DNA from: Saccostrea echinata
Taxonomy: Eukaryota
NCBI RefSeq assembly: GCF_033153115.1
Contig: NW_026889752.1
Coordinates: 2,604,001-2,668,000, forward strand
Reading direction: 5' to 3'
Length of the DNA: 64,000 nucleotides
The first letter of the stretch is position 1; each line of letters starts with the position of its first letter. Positions 21,667 through 36,192 of the stretch are shown here, one piece after another. The notes beneath the pieces are model-generated. The model had not been told where the DNA came from, ran no database searches, and saw nothing but the letters and a program-made list of their open reading frames with translations. Both the position numbers and the translations under genes were made by a program.

Positions 21667-24600
21667 TGAAACATGAAAATTGTTATGGTCAACAACATAA
21701 TGAAATTGATAAATTGATATAAACCCCAATTTTTTTTTCGACATGTGCATGAGAAATGTGTTTGTACTCAGTTTTTCCATACTGATTAATTATATATACC
21801 TTTTTATTCTTTATCATATGAGGTGCATTGCTATTGTAATATAAAGACACTCATTACTGTACGTATTATCTGAGATACAATAGATATTAAATTAAGTCCG
21901 TTGTTATTATTATATATTTACACTTATTTCCTGATCTATGAAAGTTGTTCACAAAGTTCAAATAATCTTTAATGAGATTTTTTCCCTGCCCTACGTGTTA
22001 AATATTATGAATAATACTTTTTAAATGAAAGTTTCTTTTTTGAATCAGGAAAAAATCCAATACATATAAAAGCTTAACCTGACATCTTGTTACACAGTGA
22101 AGTAAAGAGTGTTCTGAAAGAGCAGGTCTCCGTCAACTGATTAAATAAAAAACAATTATCTCTCATTCCATGTTACTGTTTAGACAGGACAGATGCAAAA
22201 TTGATTCAACAAATGAAAAATTGTGTCTCCATCTTTTATCGCCTCCAGGTACAAATGCATTTGAATTTTTCTTCGTTTCTCCATTCCAAGACACATTCCC
22301 ATATGTTATTATAAACTGCTGATATTTTTGAGATATATAGGAAAGAGAATACTTTATGAAAGCATATGTTTGTTGTCTTAAAATGCACATTTTTTCTGCT
22401 ATATGTTTATAATTTCCTTAGATATCTTGAAGAGTGACTTATTAGAAGACAATCACCTGTTATATATAATTTTCTATATTACGTGTTTTAGGAAGTATTT
22501 ATGAATCTAGCCTTATATAATGTGAATAATAAAGACTACTCACTCCACACAAAATGTACTTTGGAACGAAGTTCAGAATGTATTAAGTATTAAACCATCG
22601 TGTCAAATTGCAATGAATTCTATTGTTAGTATTCGGCTGATTGACATGAAAAAATCTTTTACCTGTCACTCGGCATTCCTTATGAGATTCTATTATCCAA
22701 ATCATCATACACCCCCTTATCAGTGTTTATAGTTATGAAACCGATTTTAGAGTAAATATCAACAAGAGATTGTTTTATAAAGATAAGTGTCTAGCATATT
22801 TCAAATACCGCTATTAAACTTGTGGTGGATATCACTCGTTGAGTGTAGCTCAGCATTACATCTGTTGACATTATTCTTAATGAAAGTGCGATACAAAATT
22901 AAAATAAAAAGTTTAAATATTTTAATATATCTTGGTGATGTATAACACAAAATGTCCTGCGTAAGCGATTGAGTTTGAAAGTTTATATTTCGTGTTTTCA
23001 AGGGGTTATGGCAAAATAATGATTTTGAAGAAGACAAACTCATTTGAGATACCTAAACTTATAATCTTGTGATAATTATTTCCTACTCGTTAAAATAGCA
23101 TATATGCTATCGACAATCTTTATCAATGTCAAAACAAATTTAACTCCCCAAATAAAGCAAATATACAGGAACATAGCATAGATATACCCATCCTTCATTT
23201 ATGAACTTTTAAATTGAATGACACTTTACCGAGATCCATGGCAACAAAAATTACATTGAAACCTCTCGCCTTTTTCGTGGTTAGCTGCATTGTCGTTGAA
23301 ATATCTTACTTTAGACGTTTAAAACAAATGGCGCTCCTGTCTACATGTATGGAACATTTGTAACAATATTTCTTCAATTTATCAAATCGTTCTGTTCGTA
23401 TCCTTTCTTTTTAGTGATCTATCCTATTTGTGAAATATTTCCACCTTGGGCAATAGTACTGACGAAATAAAAGAGGTTTTTTTGTCATATACATAATTAT
23501 TAAATAAATGGATTCGTTTCCCAACTGGACTCAGATGCATTGAGGGTAAACTACGAATCAAATCAATTTTACACTAATTCTCAAATGAACTTTGAAATAT
23601 ATATAACATCTCATTTCATATAAACCAAATGTAGATTATATTTACCAACAGGAATGCAATTATATCTAAAACATATTAGTCCTGTTTCCAAAGATTTCTT
23701 TGATTTATTTATGCAAATATAGGCACTTGATAAAATGCTCGTATGAAAAAGGTATCAATCATGTAAATTTTCTGGACGGAGGTAAATGCTTTATATTAAT
23801 TTTGGTTATTTTTGTAACCAAGCAGACTTACTTTTCGTACTTTTCTGTTATATAATTACAGAAATATTCGGGCAATAACTAACAAAGGTAAACTTATATA
23901 AATGCTCTTAAAGTAAGAAATTAATGACTTGGAAACCAGTCCCGGCTTTGATTCGAATAAAACTGAAGTAATTGGGCAAATATATAACACCTACTCACTA
24001 CTCGCTTCATCGCACCTACGTCAAGCAGTTAGTATTATAAAGGTTAAAATTCGTATTTGTGACTTCTTTAATGGTAAAATTAATAAACATTTCATGTTAT
24101 TTTGAATTAAAACCGAAAATTGCTTGATAAATACTTAGAAAGTGTATTTCCCTATATATTAATATCGACCATTGGGGATATAGATTTTTTGTGGGGGGAG
24201 GGGGTGAAGAGAAAATTTTTGCTTGCTATAGCATATGTTGAAGCATAGGAATGCTTACAATCAATAAAAAATAAACATTGGTTGAATAAAGAAACTAAAG
24301 CAAGATTTTACAATTAACAGCCATGTTCTATAAAAAAAAATACAATTACTCCCATTTGCCTAAAAGGAGATTTTTATTTTTTTATTTTTTTTTTTTTAAT
24401 GGTTTGGGAAAAGACAATAAGAGAAAAAGTGAAAATTTTTGTTTTAATGCCTCCACCGACATTTAAATCCTTCCAAAGAATTAATTCTACACAAATAATG
24501 TCATTTATATAACCTGTTTTCATTCACAATAATTTAAGTATTTTAAATTCAACTTGAAATGCTTAAATTGCTTGTCCTAAAACAGTGACAAAGTTTGACT

Positions 24601-25362
24601 TTACTTGCGTGAATGTTGAATTGCTTTAAATGTTTCATCCTACGACATCTCTTTTTTGAGGTTTTGCGTTGCGGAAAAATAATGTAATAAAAAGCAAATA
24701 AATATGTTTTCCCAAGTTATGAAAATAAGGTTTCCCAATGATCATTTAAAATCTCATGATGGAATGATTTCCTGTATCTTGTTAATCAATTTATTTTTCT
24801 AATCTCTAAAAGGCAATCCATAAATTTTCAATATAAGATACAATTTTATTTATAAAGAAAATATGTTTTAAAATAAAAAAGGTACTCTCCGTGCAAATAT
24901 ATTTTTCAACATTAAATTGTTTTTACAATCTTAATCTCATCAACTTAACGATTTCTTGAGAAAAGTTACTCTTATGGTGATTTGGTGAAATTTAGAGTAT
25001 ATTCGAATAGAATTTGCCTTTTGAACCAGGACTTATTGGAATGAAGATCTAAGAGCCCTTTCTGATGAAGCTATATCTTTAGGTGTTCACGAGTGCTTGA
25101 TCAATTACGCATCCTGTATATATTAGGGTACGTTTCTATATTGCTACTGTTGATAAACTTAGTACAACAAAACACAATGGAAGCAAATAATAGCTTGATT
25201 ATTAACATGTTCACAGTTGGTAAAATAGATGTTATAATTATGAAACATCTATATAAGGGAACGAGTTTTTTGTTTTTTTTAAATACGAAAACTGGATTTT
25301 ATATCTCTATGTAGTATAAGAAGACAAGAAAAATGCTGACATTAATTATAATTTATGATTTT

Positions 25363-25636
25363 TCCACAGGTACTTGTGGACAGCCCCCCCCCCCCCCGAT
25401 ATTCAGCCCCGGGGCTTGTTGGACATTTTTTTCACAAATTATATTTATTGCACATTATAATGTATAGTGGGGTATTTTTGTGTGGAACGATTATTTTGGG
25501 GTTTTCACGATTTTTTTCCTATTGTACACATGATGAATAAGTGCAATAAATATAATTTGTGAAAAAAAATGTCCAACAAGCCCCGGGGTTAAATATCGGG
25601 GGGGGGGGGGGGTTCCTGTCCACAAGTACCTGTGGA
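25363..25636. mobile_element. Foldback MITE with about 90-bp inverted arms
   Basis: tccacaggtacttgtggacag...ttattgcac is mirrored by gtgcaataa...ctgtccacaagtacctgtgga. Inserted in a T run. Confidence 0.75.
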
Positions 25637-27382
25637 TTTTTCAACCTTTTTTTCGTACATTTTAGTTTGAGACTTGTTATCTACTTTGTTCTTTATAAAT
25701 TAACTTGTGATTATAACCTCTTCCATCTCATAGTTGAAGTTTGAATTATAAATGCTATTTTATAAATTAAATCATTTTTTATCGTATCTTTCCCTTAACA
25801 ATAGGTGTTGAATCTGATTATGTAATATTTATTTCCTCCCTGATATGATTTTATATCAGTCGATGTTGTAAAAGTACTTTTGGAATATTTTTCGATTATG
25901 CCAGGGTAGAATTTAATATAAACCATGAAATATTCTTAAGTCTCATAGACTGCATGTATTTCACTATGTAATATTTAAAATTATACCTTTTCCAAGATTT
26001 TTTTTTAAATCTAGGCATGTATGGAGAACAGAAGTTGATTAAAGCTGTACTTATCTATTTTAACTCAAATCTATTTTTAAAAAAATTGCCGACAAAGTTA
26101 AAATACATTATATTTGAAATTTTGATTTTTAGTGCTCTTAATTTTTAATTCTATGAGCATTTTTCTTTATTTAATTTCCCAATATTTTTTTCTTCTTGAT
26201 ATGGTTATTACATGTATATCAGTCGATGTTGTAAAGGTTTTTTTGGAATTTTTTTCCTATCATGTGAAGGTATAAATGTAAAAATCATGCTTTTTTTCAT
26301 TTTGAGTACCGAATTAATTTAGATAGTTCCTTAACAATGCGGAAAAAGTGGGGAATGCCTTGTACATAATTCCGTCAGGCTTTCAATCAAGAAAAGCAAT
26401 ATTTTGAAATTAAAACAAAAAATAACTAAATGAATTAGAATAAATAAATTAATCAAATTTAACTACAATTTAGCTTTGTTCCTCAGAACTGGCTCGACAC
26501 GATCTATTTTTTTTATTATTGAAAATATGACCACCAGTGTTACTTCTGCATTTAATTTTGTCCCTTTTCTGATTTATTGATACATAGAATATAAAATTTA
26601 TCATCTAAGAGAAATTAAAATGGGGTATAAAAATATATTGTTATGAATAATATGAATAAACGGGGGCTGATAAAAGTTAAAAAGTGATAAATAGATCATG
26701 CTGAGCTCGTGTTGTTCCAATCAAAGTATTCAAATTACGTTTTGTCAATAGTATCCAAAATTGATACATTATTAACAAAACATTTTCCATATGAATCCAA
26801 GTGAAAAATGAGTTCATACTTTTGAGCAATTATAACATGTAGTGGTAATATATATAAGTCGCCTCCTCATGTCTCATAGACAAATTGTAATAGGGTATCA
26901 TCCCCATACCTTTACACAATTTTGCACTGAACATATGCATATATGTTGAAGTTCAAACACTTCATTCAATGGAAGAAGATGCATTTTAAGCAAATTCCAT
27001 AACTGAGGCTAAAACCGTCATTCAGAACAACACTTATTTCATTCCATTCCCCTGCGTGGGTCTTTATTCAATCAACTAGACAAGAAAAGTGAAAATTCTG
27101 CAATTTTTATTTTCAACAAAAATTTAATGTTGCATATTCGAAAGTTGACATTTTTTCAAAATAAATTATTTTTTTAATTAAGAGCAGTTGCATATAGAAG
27201 AGTAATAAAAATTAAGTGTATCACACAATCTTGTTGTTCAACTTCGTCTCAATACCTAAATAACTATAATAAAATTAACTAATATTTGTACAGGTTGAGT
27301 ATAATTTTACATGAAAGTATAAATTTTAAAGTATAAAAAGTAAATGAAGAAGAGATTACTTATTGCTTTTGCAAACAGATGC

Positions 27383-28081
27383 TCATCCCAGTTTTTGAAG
27401 ATATCTCTTCAGCAAGTTAGCGGTCCTCTTCATCTCCAGTTCTTCTTCTTCCTCCTCTTCGATTGATTCTTCTGTCTCCGATTCCTCGGATACGGATTCT
27501 TCTGAAACGGATTCTGCTGACACGGATTCTTCTGAAATGGATTCTTCCGTTTCAGATCTTTTGACTTCGTCCTCTTCTTCTTCCTCCTCAATTGATTCTT
27601 CTGTCTCCGATTCCTCAGACACAGATTTTTCTGAAATGGATTCTTCTGAAATGGATTCTTCCGTTTCAGATCTTTTGGCTTCCTCCTCCTCTTCTTCTTC
27701 CTCTTCGATTGATTCTTCTGTCTCCGATTCCTCAGACACAGATTCTTCTGTTTCTGATTCTTCAGATATAGATTCTTCTGAAACGGATTCCTCGGTTTCG
27801 GATCTTTTTGTCTCTTCCTCCTCTTCTTCCTCTATTGATTCTTCTGAAACTGATTCTTCTGTCTCGGATTCTTCTGAAACCTCCCCAGTTTCTGATCTAA
27901 GATCTTCAAGCAATCTTTCGACATTTTCCTTTAAGGTTTCTTCGAGAATAGCCCGATTCGCATTATCCCTTCGCTGTAAAGGTATGTTCTGGTTTCCTTG
28001 CTCGGTTTTGGAAAGGTACACACTTTTTGATGAAACAGTCGCAACAACAACCACAAGAAGTAAAATTATGTTTGCCCTCAT
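27383..28081 (-). CDS. Secreted Glu/Ser-rich repetitive precursor protein with dibasic cleavage sites (single exon, 232 aa from MRANI)
   Basis: Signal peptide MRANIILLLVVVVATVSS, repeats KR-SETEES(V/I)SEES...E-run, C-terminus KRTANLLKRYLQKLG*. Confidence 0.8.
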   Translation of the reverse strand: MRANIILLLVVVVATVSSKSVYLSKTEQGNQNIPLQRRDNANRAILEETLKENVERLLEDLRSETGEVSEESETEESVSEESIEEEEEEETKRSETEESVSEESISEESETEESVSEESETEESIEEEEEEEEEAKRSETEESISEESISEKSVSEESETEESIEEEEEEDEVKRSETEESISEESVSAESVSEESVSEESETEESIEEEEEEELEMKRTANLLKRYLQKLG

Positions 28082-28780
28082 CTTGAATTTTGGGCACAAT
28101 GATTTTTTGTGTTTGCAACAGGTGAATATATCTTCAATAGATCCGGGAAATGAATATACTTGATTTCATTGGTATGAAAGTTAAACCAACCGTAAGAAAA
28201 AGCTTCATCACCATGGGTGTTTAAATGCCACGTATCATTTTCTTTAGCAAAAGAAAAGGTGACCTTTCATAATTTTCAAAAAAAAAATCTTAATGGTTGT
28301 TCTTCATTGAAGTATAAGATGAAAAGACTAAAAAATGGATTCGACATTGTTACATAAATATATTCAATACTAAATTGCGTCTCAAGTGTTTTCCGTTTTT
28401 ACTTAATGTAGGCTGAAGGGGCTATAAAAAATTTATTTTATCGATGTCAGACTTCGTTGAGATGATTTAATAATTTCCTTCCCTTCCCTTTTCTTTTCAG
28501 ATTATTCTAATTTGCTGAATGTGACATAAACAAGCATTTATTGTTGAAAGAGTCAGGACAATTCAGATTGTACATGTATGTACAAGAAAGACAATTACAA
28601 AATGATTGATGTGAATTAGAATACTATTCAGAAAGGCATTTATATTGATCTGTAATGCACAGAAGAAACAAATACATTTTTTTAAGGAGTTTAGAATTGA
28701 CTCCTTAAATTAAATTGCATTTCTATACATCTTAAACCCCTGCAGAAAGGCAAGGTTACCTATCATTTTATGAAATGATA

Positions 28781-29933
28781 CAGTGGCTGCAACGTTATTG
28801 TTGACAAACCAATCGTGCAGAATCGTTCGTGAAACGTGTGTGATCTTTCGTGTAACGTGAGAGATCGTGCTTGTATCAGACTCAATGATTTGCGGTTTTA
28901 ATCGTGCGTGATCGTGCAACATGCAAATTTCGTTTTGTAAGTTTTTATCGGAATGTTATTTGTTAAACAAGTATTTCGTTTGTCTCTTTTTTTAATCCAA
29001 ATAAAATAAATGAAGCGCGATTTACATAATTGAACGAACTAATTATCACTAGTAAATAAGCAATATAGTAAGTCGTACAAAATTGTATTCTCTTCAAACA
29101 GAGTGTCCTTTTTTTATGTTAATTATGTTTACTGCTATATTTGAGGTCAACATATTTTTTATATCAATACATCAAAAATGTATATTTTTACACATAAATG
29201 AATAAATAATTCCCAATGCTTACAAAAATATTTAGGCGGCGAATGTATTCTACATGTTTGTAGAGGTTAATTTTATCAGTCTTTATCTCTGACACTTACT
29301 TTATAATTTTTATAATTTCTGCAAATGAATGATTTGTAAAATAATTATTGATTTTAGATATTCATAAATGGAAAGATGGATATAGTTTTGATTTATTTTT
29401 ATGCCATTTTTATTATATCCCTCCTCTTATTGCATATCATAAAATTCAATAGAACCAAAATTCACGGCCCACCTGTATTATCTGATAGAACATGTAGCAA
29501 TCGATCATGAATTACATCTTTACGTATCGATAAAAAAGAAAAGAAATCAATTTTCCTGAGTCGGACTATTAGGTTAATAATTATTTGTAATCTTAAATAA
29601 CTAATAAGTTCTACTTAGTTTAAAAAATTTCCATTTCTAAATATTTTTTTTCAGTTTTCCAAAGTCGATGAATTGTATCAATAATTGTTTGAAATCTAAA
29701 ATGACTATTAAGCCTTATTTCGTTTTGAAAATATCCACTCCTAAATATTTTTAACCATTTTGCGTGAAGAATCGTGTATTTGCGTTAGCAATCGTGAAAG
29801 ATCATGTAACGTGTAGAATCGTGTTCGTGAAGGATCGTTCGCGTAACAGGTTTAATCGCGCGTTAATCGTGCGGAGTCGTTCGTGTAACGTGATCGTTCA
29901 TGTAAGTTGTCAACAATAACGTTGCAGCCACTG
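28781..29933. mobile_element. Non-autonomous TIR element with TA TSD (Tc1/mariner-like)
   Basis: 27-bp perfect TIR CAGTGGCTGCAACGTTATTGTTGACAA, TA on both sides, ATCGTG-rich subterminal repeats. Confidence 0.85.
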
Positions 29934-30334
29934 TACGGCACATTCCTTGGGACCTTTTAAATCTCTTCTAGTGATTGAAATATATTTTTGTAATAAAAAT
30001 TAATAATTAGTAATTAATCAGTAATCAAGTTATCATCTCCTTCTCTCAATAAATCTGTATAATTTATGACTACATCTGTACCGTAAAGGTGCTTAGCCAT
30101 AGTCGTTCAGATATATATTTAGGGCGGAGGAGGTATGGTTTTCAGCATCTTAATTTTGCGGTAATTGTTCATAAAAACCCATATTGTTTTTATATAATCA
30201 AACGCGTTTTTATTTTTACTGTTAATCACATATGTAATGAAGAAAAAATAATGCAACAAAACTATTCGGTAAATAAGAAATAAGAACACGTAGGATAAAA
30301 CTGTCCTTTCAGATTATATATTTTCTCTTTTCGT

Positions 30335-30638
30335 TTTTTGTTTTGTTTGTTTGTTGTTTAACGTCCCTCTAGAGAATTTTTCACTCATATGGAGACGCCA
30401 CCACTTGCCGGTGGAGAGCTGCAAATCTTGTCCTATGCTCGGCACTTACGGTCATTGAGCAGTGAGGGGTCTTTTTCGTGCCAACACCTACTGCGACACG
30501 GGACCTCGGTTTTTACGGTCTCATCCGAAGGACCGGTCTCCACGTCCCACAGTGGGATTCGAACCCGCGACGTAAGAATCTACTCCTTACCTCGCGACTC
30601 TAGAGCAGACGCTCTAACCACTGCGCCACGCGGGCGAC
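30335..30638 (-). mobile_element. tRNA-derived SINE (related family with TTTG tail)
   Basis: Head gtggcgcagtggttagagcg and gggttcgaatccc on minus strand. 12-bp TSD ttctcttttcgt (30323-30334 and 30639-30650). Confidence 0.9.
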
Positions 30639-33600
30639 TTCTCTTTTCGTAACATAATTCATCGAAATTACTGAAGGCGAGAAGTTGTCGAATGGATTAA
30701 TGTTTAATTTGATAAAGGTTGTATAGTAAAATCAGCTGCATATTAAAATGAAATTAACAAGGTGACATATAAAAAGATGTGGTACCATTTTTATGGAAGT
30801 ATGTGTGTCTAATAAAAAAACAACAGAAGTGTAGTACCGGTAAAATTCTTCCAGTTGTAGTTATTTAAGACTCTTGAGAAGTAATTTTGAAAACATCTGT
30901 GAAGCTGAATAATGCCTGCTTCGTCAAGGTGAATTTTCTCAAATCCCAAAAACAAAGGGAAATAATTTGTATCTTTCAGAAAACTCGCTATTATATTTAG
31001 ACTATTTTTATGTAGACTAATTTTCCTTTCACAAAAATACATGATTTGGTCACATTTCTTTAAGAGAATTAACACATTATTAAAAAAAAAAAATCACAAA
31101 TATTAAGTATAAGTATTTATGCTTTTGGTTATTAATTACAGTGTACGTAGTTCCTGTAGCATTAATGCCACTTCTTAAAATGTTAGTACAATTAGAAAGA
31201 TTAGCATATATATACTTGAAAGAATCAGAAAAGATCATCGGACATTTAATATAGAGAACTAAACTTTTGCGAAAATCAACATTAATGCTGCAATAGGGAA
31301 AAAAAATCCTCGTGTTATGATGTCATGTTTTGAAAGCATATAAAGGTTTTGGTACATGTATATATTCCATCTGTAGACATGTAAAGTATTATTGAAAATG
31401 AATTCGAACTAATTGAAAAAGAAATGAACTTGAAAATATTCTTAAAAATGAACTAAAGATATGTTTGACAGGATTATTGGAACTAATATTATTTGAAATC
31501 ATATCAAATTTCAAAAGTCAAAAAAAAGTAAGATTCTCAAACAATTTATTTTTCTTTTTAGATATATGACTTAGTCAAAATTATTCAGTGATAATATCCT
31601 AATTACAACCGAGTAGAGTACTAGTTGATGTATTTTTGTATAATTTAAAGATATTATCACTGGATGTATAGTAATCTCAAAGTAAAGACCCTCTTGTATG
31701 ATTCAGGATGAAAAATATAAAGTGTTTTTTTTTATTATTTACATTATACAATTTTTAGAAATTTTTTACCCTTTCTCTTCCATTTAATTTTGTGTTTAAT
31801 CTATAATTTATGTTCAACAATTATTACAAAAATACCTCCCCCCCCCCCTTTTTGTTACTATTTAAAATTTTATCTTAACTCTCATCTTTATTTCCCCTAT
31901 TTATTGAGTTGACATTGTATTTCATGCATGGTCGGGCATCAAAAATGATAGCTTCAGTCTCCTCGGCTGGGTAACACGGTTGGTCATTTATTTTTAAAAA
32001 AATATAGTAGATATACTTTGTATATCTACACGGTCATACAGAGGCCTGTCCATTTCTACTTCACTAAGGTAGTTTTGAAAAGACGAAACAGAGATTTGAG
32101 GCTGTAGCACAAGGTAAACAAATAAGAAAATAAATATTCTTATCATTAGCTAATGATTTATCATCATCAAGATTTCTCAAAACAACATAAATAAAAATCA
32201 GAGTAAGAACTTTAAGATAAAATTTTCAAGTATAACAAGCATTTTCCTCTAGTTCATTATTAGACCTCAAATAAGATCGTTTACCTCGTTTGCTCGAATG
32301 ACGTCAAATGGAATTAAATGCTGTAAAATTTTTGATAAAATTATGAATAGTAATGTTTATGCTTTGATCATATCTAATGGCATTTTAAAACCCTATCGAA
32401 TTGACAGAGTGTCACGGCACGGAACACTTGTAGAAAATATTTATTATGGTGATAAAGTCTTTATATCAACTCTAATGTTTCTTTTTTGTTCATTTTTGGC
32501 AGCAATGTGTTAAAAGTACAGGTTGTATTTTGCCTATATGTGATAATAAAATTTGAAGTTCAATTTTGAACTTAATATCAATTAAATTGATCAGAATTAA
32601 TTTGGTATGTGATGAATATATATATATATATATATATTTTACATATGTTTACATTCTCCCATGCATACTCGTACATTATATAAATTTGAGTGGACACGCA
32701 ATGAACAAAATATTACATTGCGAACACAAAGGATATTATTTACTGATCTTCGAGAAAATAAAGGGACATCCTCTTCTTGCTTACCCACCATTTCTTACAT
32801 TGAATTTTTACAGGGTTTTCTATGTATTTATGAAAGTAAAATAATATCACATGTCCATTTTTTCCAGGATTGCCAAGTCCTACTAATGGAAGATGTTAAA
32901 GGCTTTCAATGTTTGCTTTGTAAATATCAAAATATCCGTGACTCTATCTCCCATGTAAATTCATTTTGTTAATGTACACCCCCAACGCATACACAGGCAC
33001 AATTACGCACATTAACCATCAAAATCAAAGTAAACAAATACTAGATATGATAAGACCGGACTTTTACTTTAATGTATAGAATTTATTTATTCATTTTTAT
33101 TAGTATCATACCTTGGTGTACTTTTTGAGACTTCGATACTTAAATTAGAAAATAAGTAAAAATTTCGCAAGATGAAGTATTTTTATTATTCTTTAGAGAA
33201 ACGTAATTTAAATATGGTTAAAGAATAAAAAAGGATTTTTGTCATTTTAAATCTCCACTGAACTATCTCTATGAGTTGATTTAATATCAAGCGACCTGTG
33301 GCGGTACATATATTGTCATTAAGTGCAGAACTACATTAAATATACTGTAATCCATTCTCACAAAGAACAGGCATTCTACGCCAATGACAAGGTGTGCGGA
33401 CACTTACCACACTTATTTTAGTCGAAATCTACATAGTTTACAGATGAATATTGACATTTTCAATTACGCTATCGATAAATGAACAAAGTGTTGAGACTGA
33501 TGATTGCAACTGAACCGTAACACCGCCTATAAGATTTCATTCGATTAGAACTCCCAAGATAAGCAAACATAGAGTATTGTTCGTTACACTGACACTAAAA

Positions 33601-34227
33601 AACCAAAATGTTCTGATTAGTCTCAAATATTGAACTTTACTTCTAAGTATCTTTATCGGCAAAAAGTTGAAATAATCGTACTTTTTTTAATGAAAGCTAA
33701 CAATTCATCAATTTACGAACTGTATTCGTTTAACTCCATACAATCTTATGTTGAAGTTTCATTAATAAAACAACATCATTTTACAATAAATGTTTTTCTT
33801 CAAAGTGGCTAAGCTTTACCATTAAAAATAAAACAAATCATCTTAATTTAGTTCCAAAAAATTATCTGTTTCATCTTAGTTATAATCTTCCAAAAAGGGC
33901 AGATATTGGGTAAGGTCATTCATCACAATAGGTAACAGAGTGATATATCGTGAAACGAATATTGTAGAAAGTAAAAAAAATGTGTGTTAAGACTGTGCAT
34001 CCTAGAACCACTGATAAGCTCTTCACAAACAAAAACATAACTATCATTTTTAAACAGTTTGAACCAAATTTAGAATGAAAAACACAGGAAAAAATAAAAC
34101 AATTTTCACTAGAAGTTTACCAGTTTTATATCTATGCTTTTCTTAACGCCCAGATCATATTTCAAAATTCTAAATGAACATTTAAAAAAAAACAACATTA
34201 GCTATGCAACTTCCCATTTGCAATATT

Positions 34228-34775
34228 AAACAAGAGGCCCATGGGCCAAAACGCTCACCTGAGTTACTTTGGCCTTGCTGTACTTCACAAGACCTCCCCT
34301 TTGTAATATTTATTGCGGCCCCGCCCTACCCCCGGGGGCAATGAATTGACTAATTTAGAATCTACACTACTCAATGATGCATCCACGTAAGTTTCAGCTT
34401 TTCTGGCCCAGTGGTTCTTGAGAAGTAGATTTTCAAAGGTTTTGCCTATGTATTTCAATGTAAAACTTTGATTCCCTATTGTGTCTCCGCCCTACTCCCG
34501 GGGGCTATGATTTGAACAATTTAGAATCTACACTACCCAAGGATGCTTCCACATAAGTTTCAGCTTTTCTGGCCCAGTGGTTCTTGAGAGGAAGATTTTT
34601 TAATGACCCCAACCAATTTTTGTCTCTTCATGATTATCTCCCCTTGTAAGGGGGGATGGCCCTTCATTTTAACAATTCAAACTCCCCTTCACCCAAGGAT
34701 GCTCTGTACCAACTTTGGTTAAAATTGGCTAAGTGGTTCTTGAGAAGAAGTTGAAAATGTGAAATTTTACAGACG

Positions 34776-34806
<31 letters not shown>

Positions 34807-34822
34807 TGACGGATGCCGGACA

Positions 34823-34873
<51 letters not shown>
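34228..34873 (-). mobile_element. Helentron-associated element (HINE) carrying about 166-bp oyster-type satellite repeats
   Basis: Ends acaagaggcccatgggcc...gctcacctgag and agctcaggtgagctaaaa, (GACA/GACG)n tract, internal tandem repeats. Confidence 0.85.
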
Positions 34874-34874
<1 letters not shown>

Positions 34875-35991
34875 AGAAACCATGTTTTAGTATTGACAGA
34901 TTTAATTTATATTTTATTTTGAATAGAACTTTATATCTTATTTGACCTGTTATTAACAATTTCATATGTTTCTCATTTAAATGTCTATTTTTCATTTCGT
35001 ATTTTGACTCCATTTCTAAAAAAAAAAAAAGGAATATTCATATTATAGAGCATCTAATGTTCTTTGAAGGTCTCCAACGACACTGGTTCTGCCAAAAATA
35101 ACAATATCAGCTACATGCAAATAGCACAATCCGAAATGTTATTTCAAGGCCATGAACATGTTAAAAAAATATAGTAGAAATTTTTACATAAGTGAAATGA
35201 CTAATTTTAACCATATTGATTTTAATTATTCATTCACAAGTTTCACAATTCTGTCCTACAAAGTAATAAATGTTTTATAGATTCATTAGGATAATTGCAG
35301 AAAGGTAGAATTTTGAACATGATTGAACGTTTACATTTTCTTAATATTTTAGAAATTTGATATTTGATATTTCCACCATTTACAACCAAAATAGATCCCA
35401 AAGTACATATCAATCAAGGCATTCCTTTTTTGTTTGTATCATTTGGCTTTAATAAGAAGGTCATGTTTAATAGCATAAAATCCGTATAATATTGCATACT
35501 AACTGAAATGAACTTTTGTACTATATATTAACTTTAAAAAAAAAATAGCACCTAATTTGGGTGAACTGCTGTCTTTCTTTTCTCCTTTAAATTTGAAATA
35601 TTTTTTTACGCGTGAATTAATGTTTAATTTACGGTCTGGGTGTACTATTGGTTACAAGCGAGACTTGGTCAATACTAGACTGTATGACCTTTATATAAGG
35701 AAGAGCAAAATTAATAGAAATATTCTCAAAATTTTACAAATTTCCTTTCTTTTTCTTCAACTATATCCATGAATAATACCTATGAATTTATGATGTACAA
35801 TAAAATTGTGCTTTATTCACATACTATTTCAAATGATGACATGACTTTTTATAGAACTTATAATCTTCATAAAGTTACACAACCTATACAGACATATGCA
35901 AAGAGTAATTTAAATTGCAGTCGTCTTCAGAAGACTTCACTCCCTTGACATATAAGAGTATTTTCTTATTTCGTGTTAGCTTTTTTTTTAT

Positions 35992-36192
35992 ATCTATGAA
36001 TTCTTACATTAAATTTTGAAATATTTATACGGTTAAAAACTCTAAAGAAGAGATCATTATACCTTCTTCTCTCATACAATTTAAGAAGTCATCTATGAAT
36101 TCTTACATTAAATTTTAAAATATTTATACGGTTCAAAACTCTAAAGAAGAAGAGTTCATTGTACTTTCTTCTCTCATACAATTTAAGAAGTC
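35992..36192. repeat. Local tandem duplication, unit about 99-102 bp
   Basis: atctatgaattcttacattaaattt...tttaagaagtc occurs twice in tandem. Confidence 0.9.

Noticed and set aside
21493-21780. ORFs spanning the N run
   Set aside because: Artefacts of the assembly gap.
27537-28163. 208-aa Ser/Asp-rich plus-strand ORF
   Set aside because: Antisense mirror of the repetitive secreted protein, with no signal peptide.
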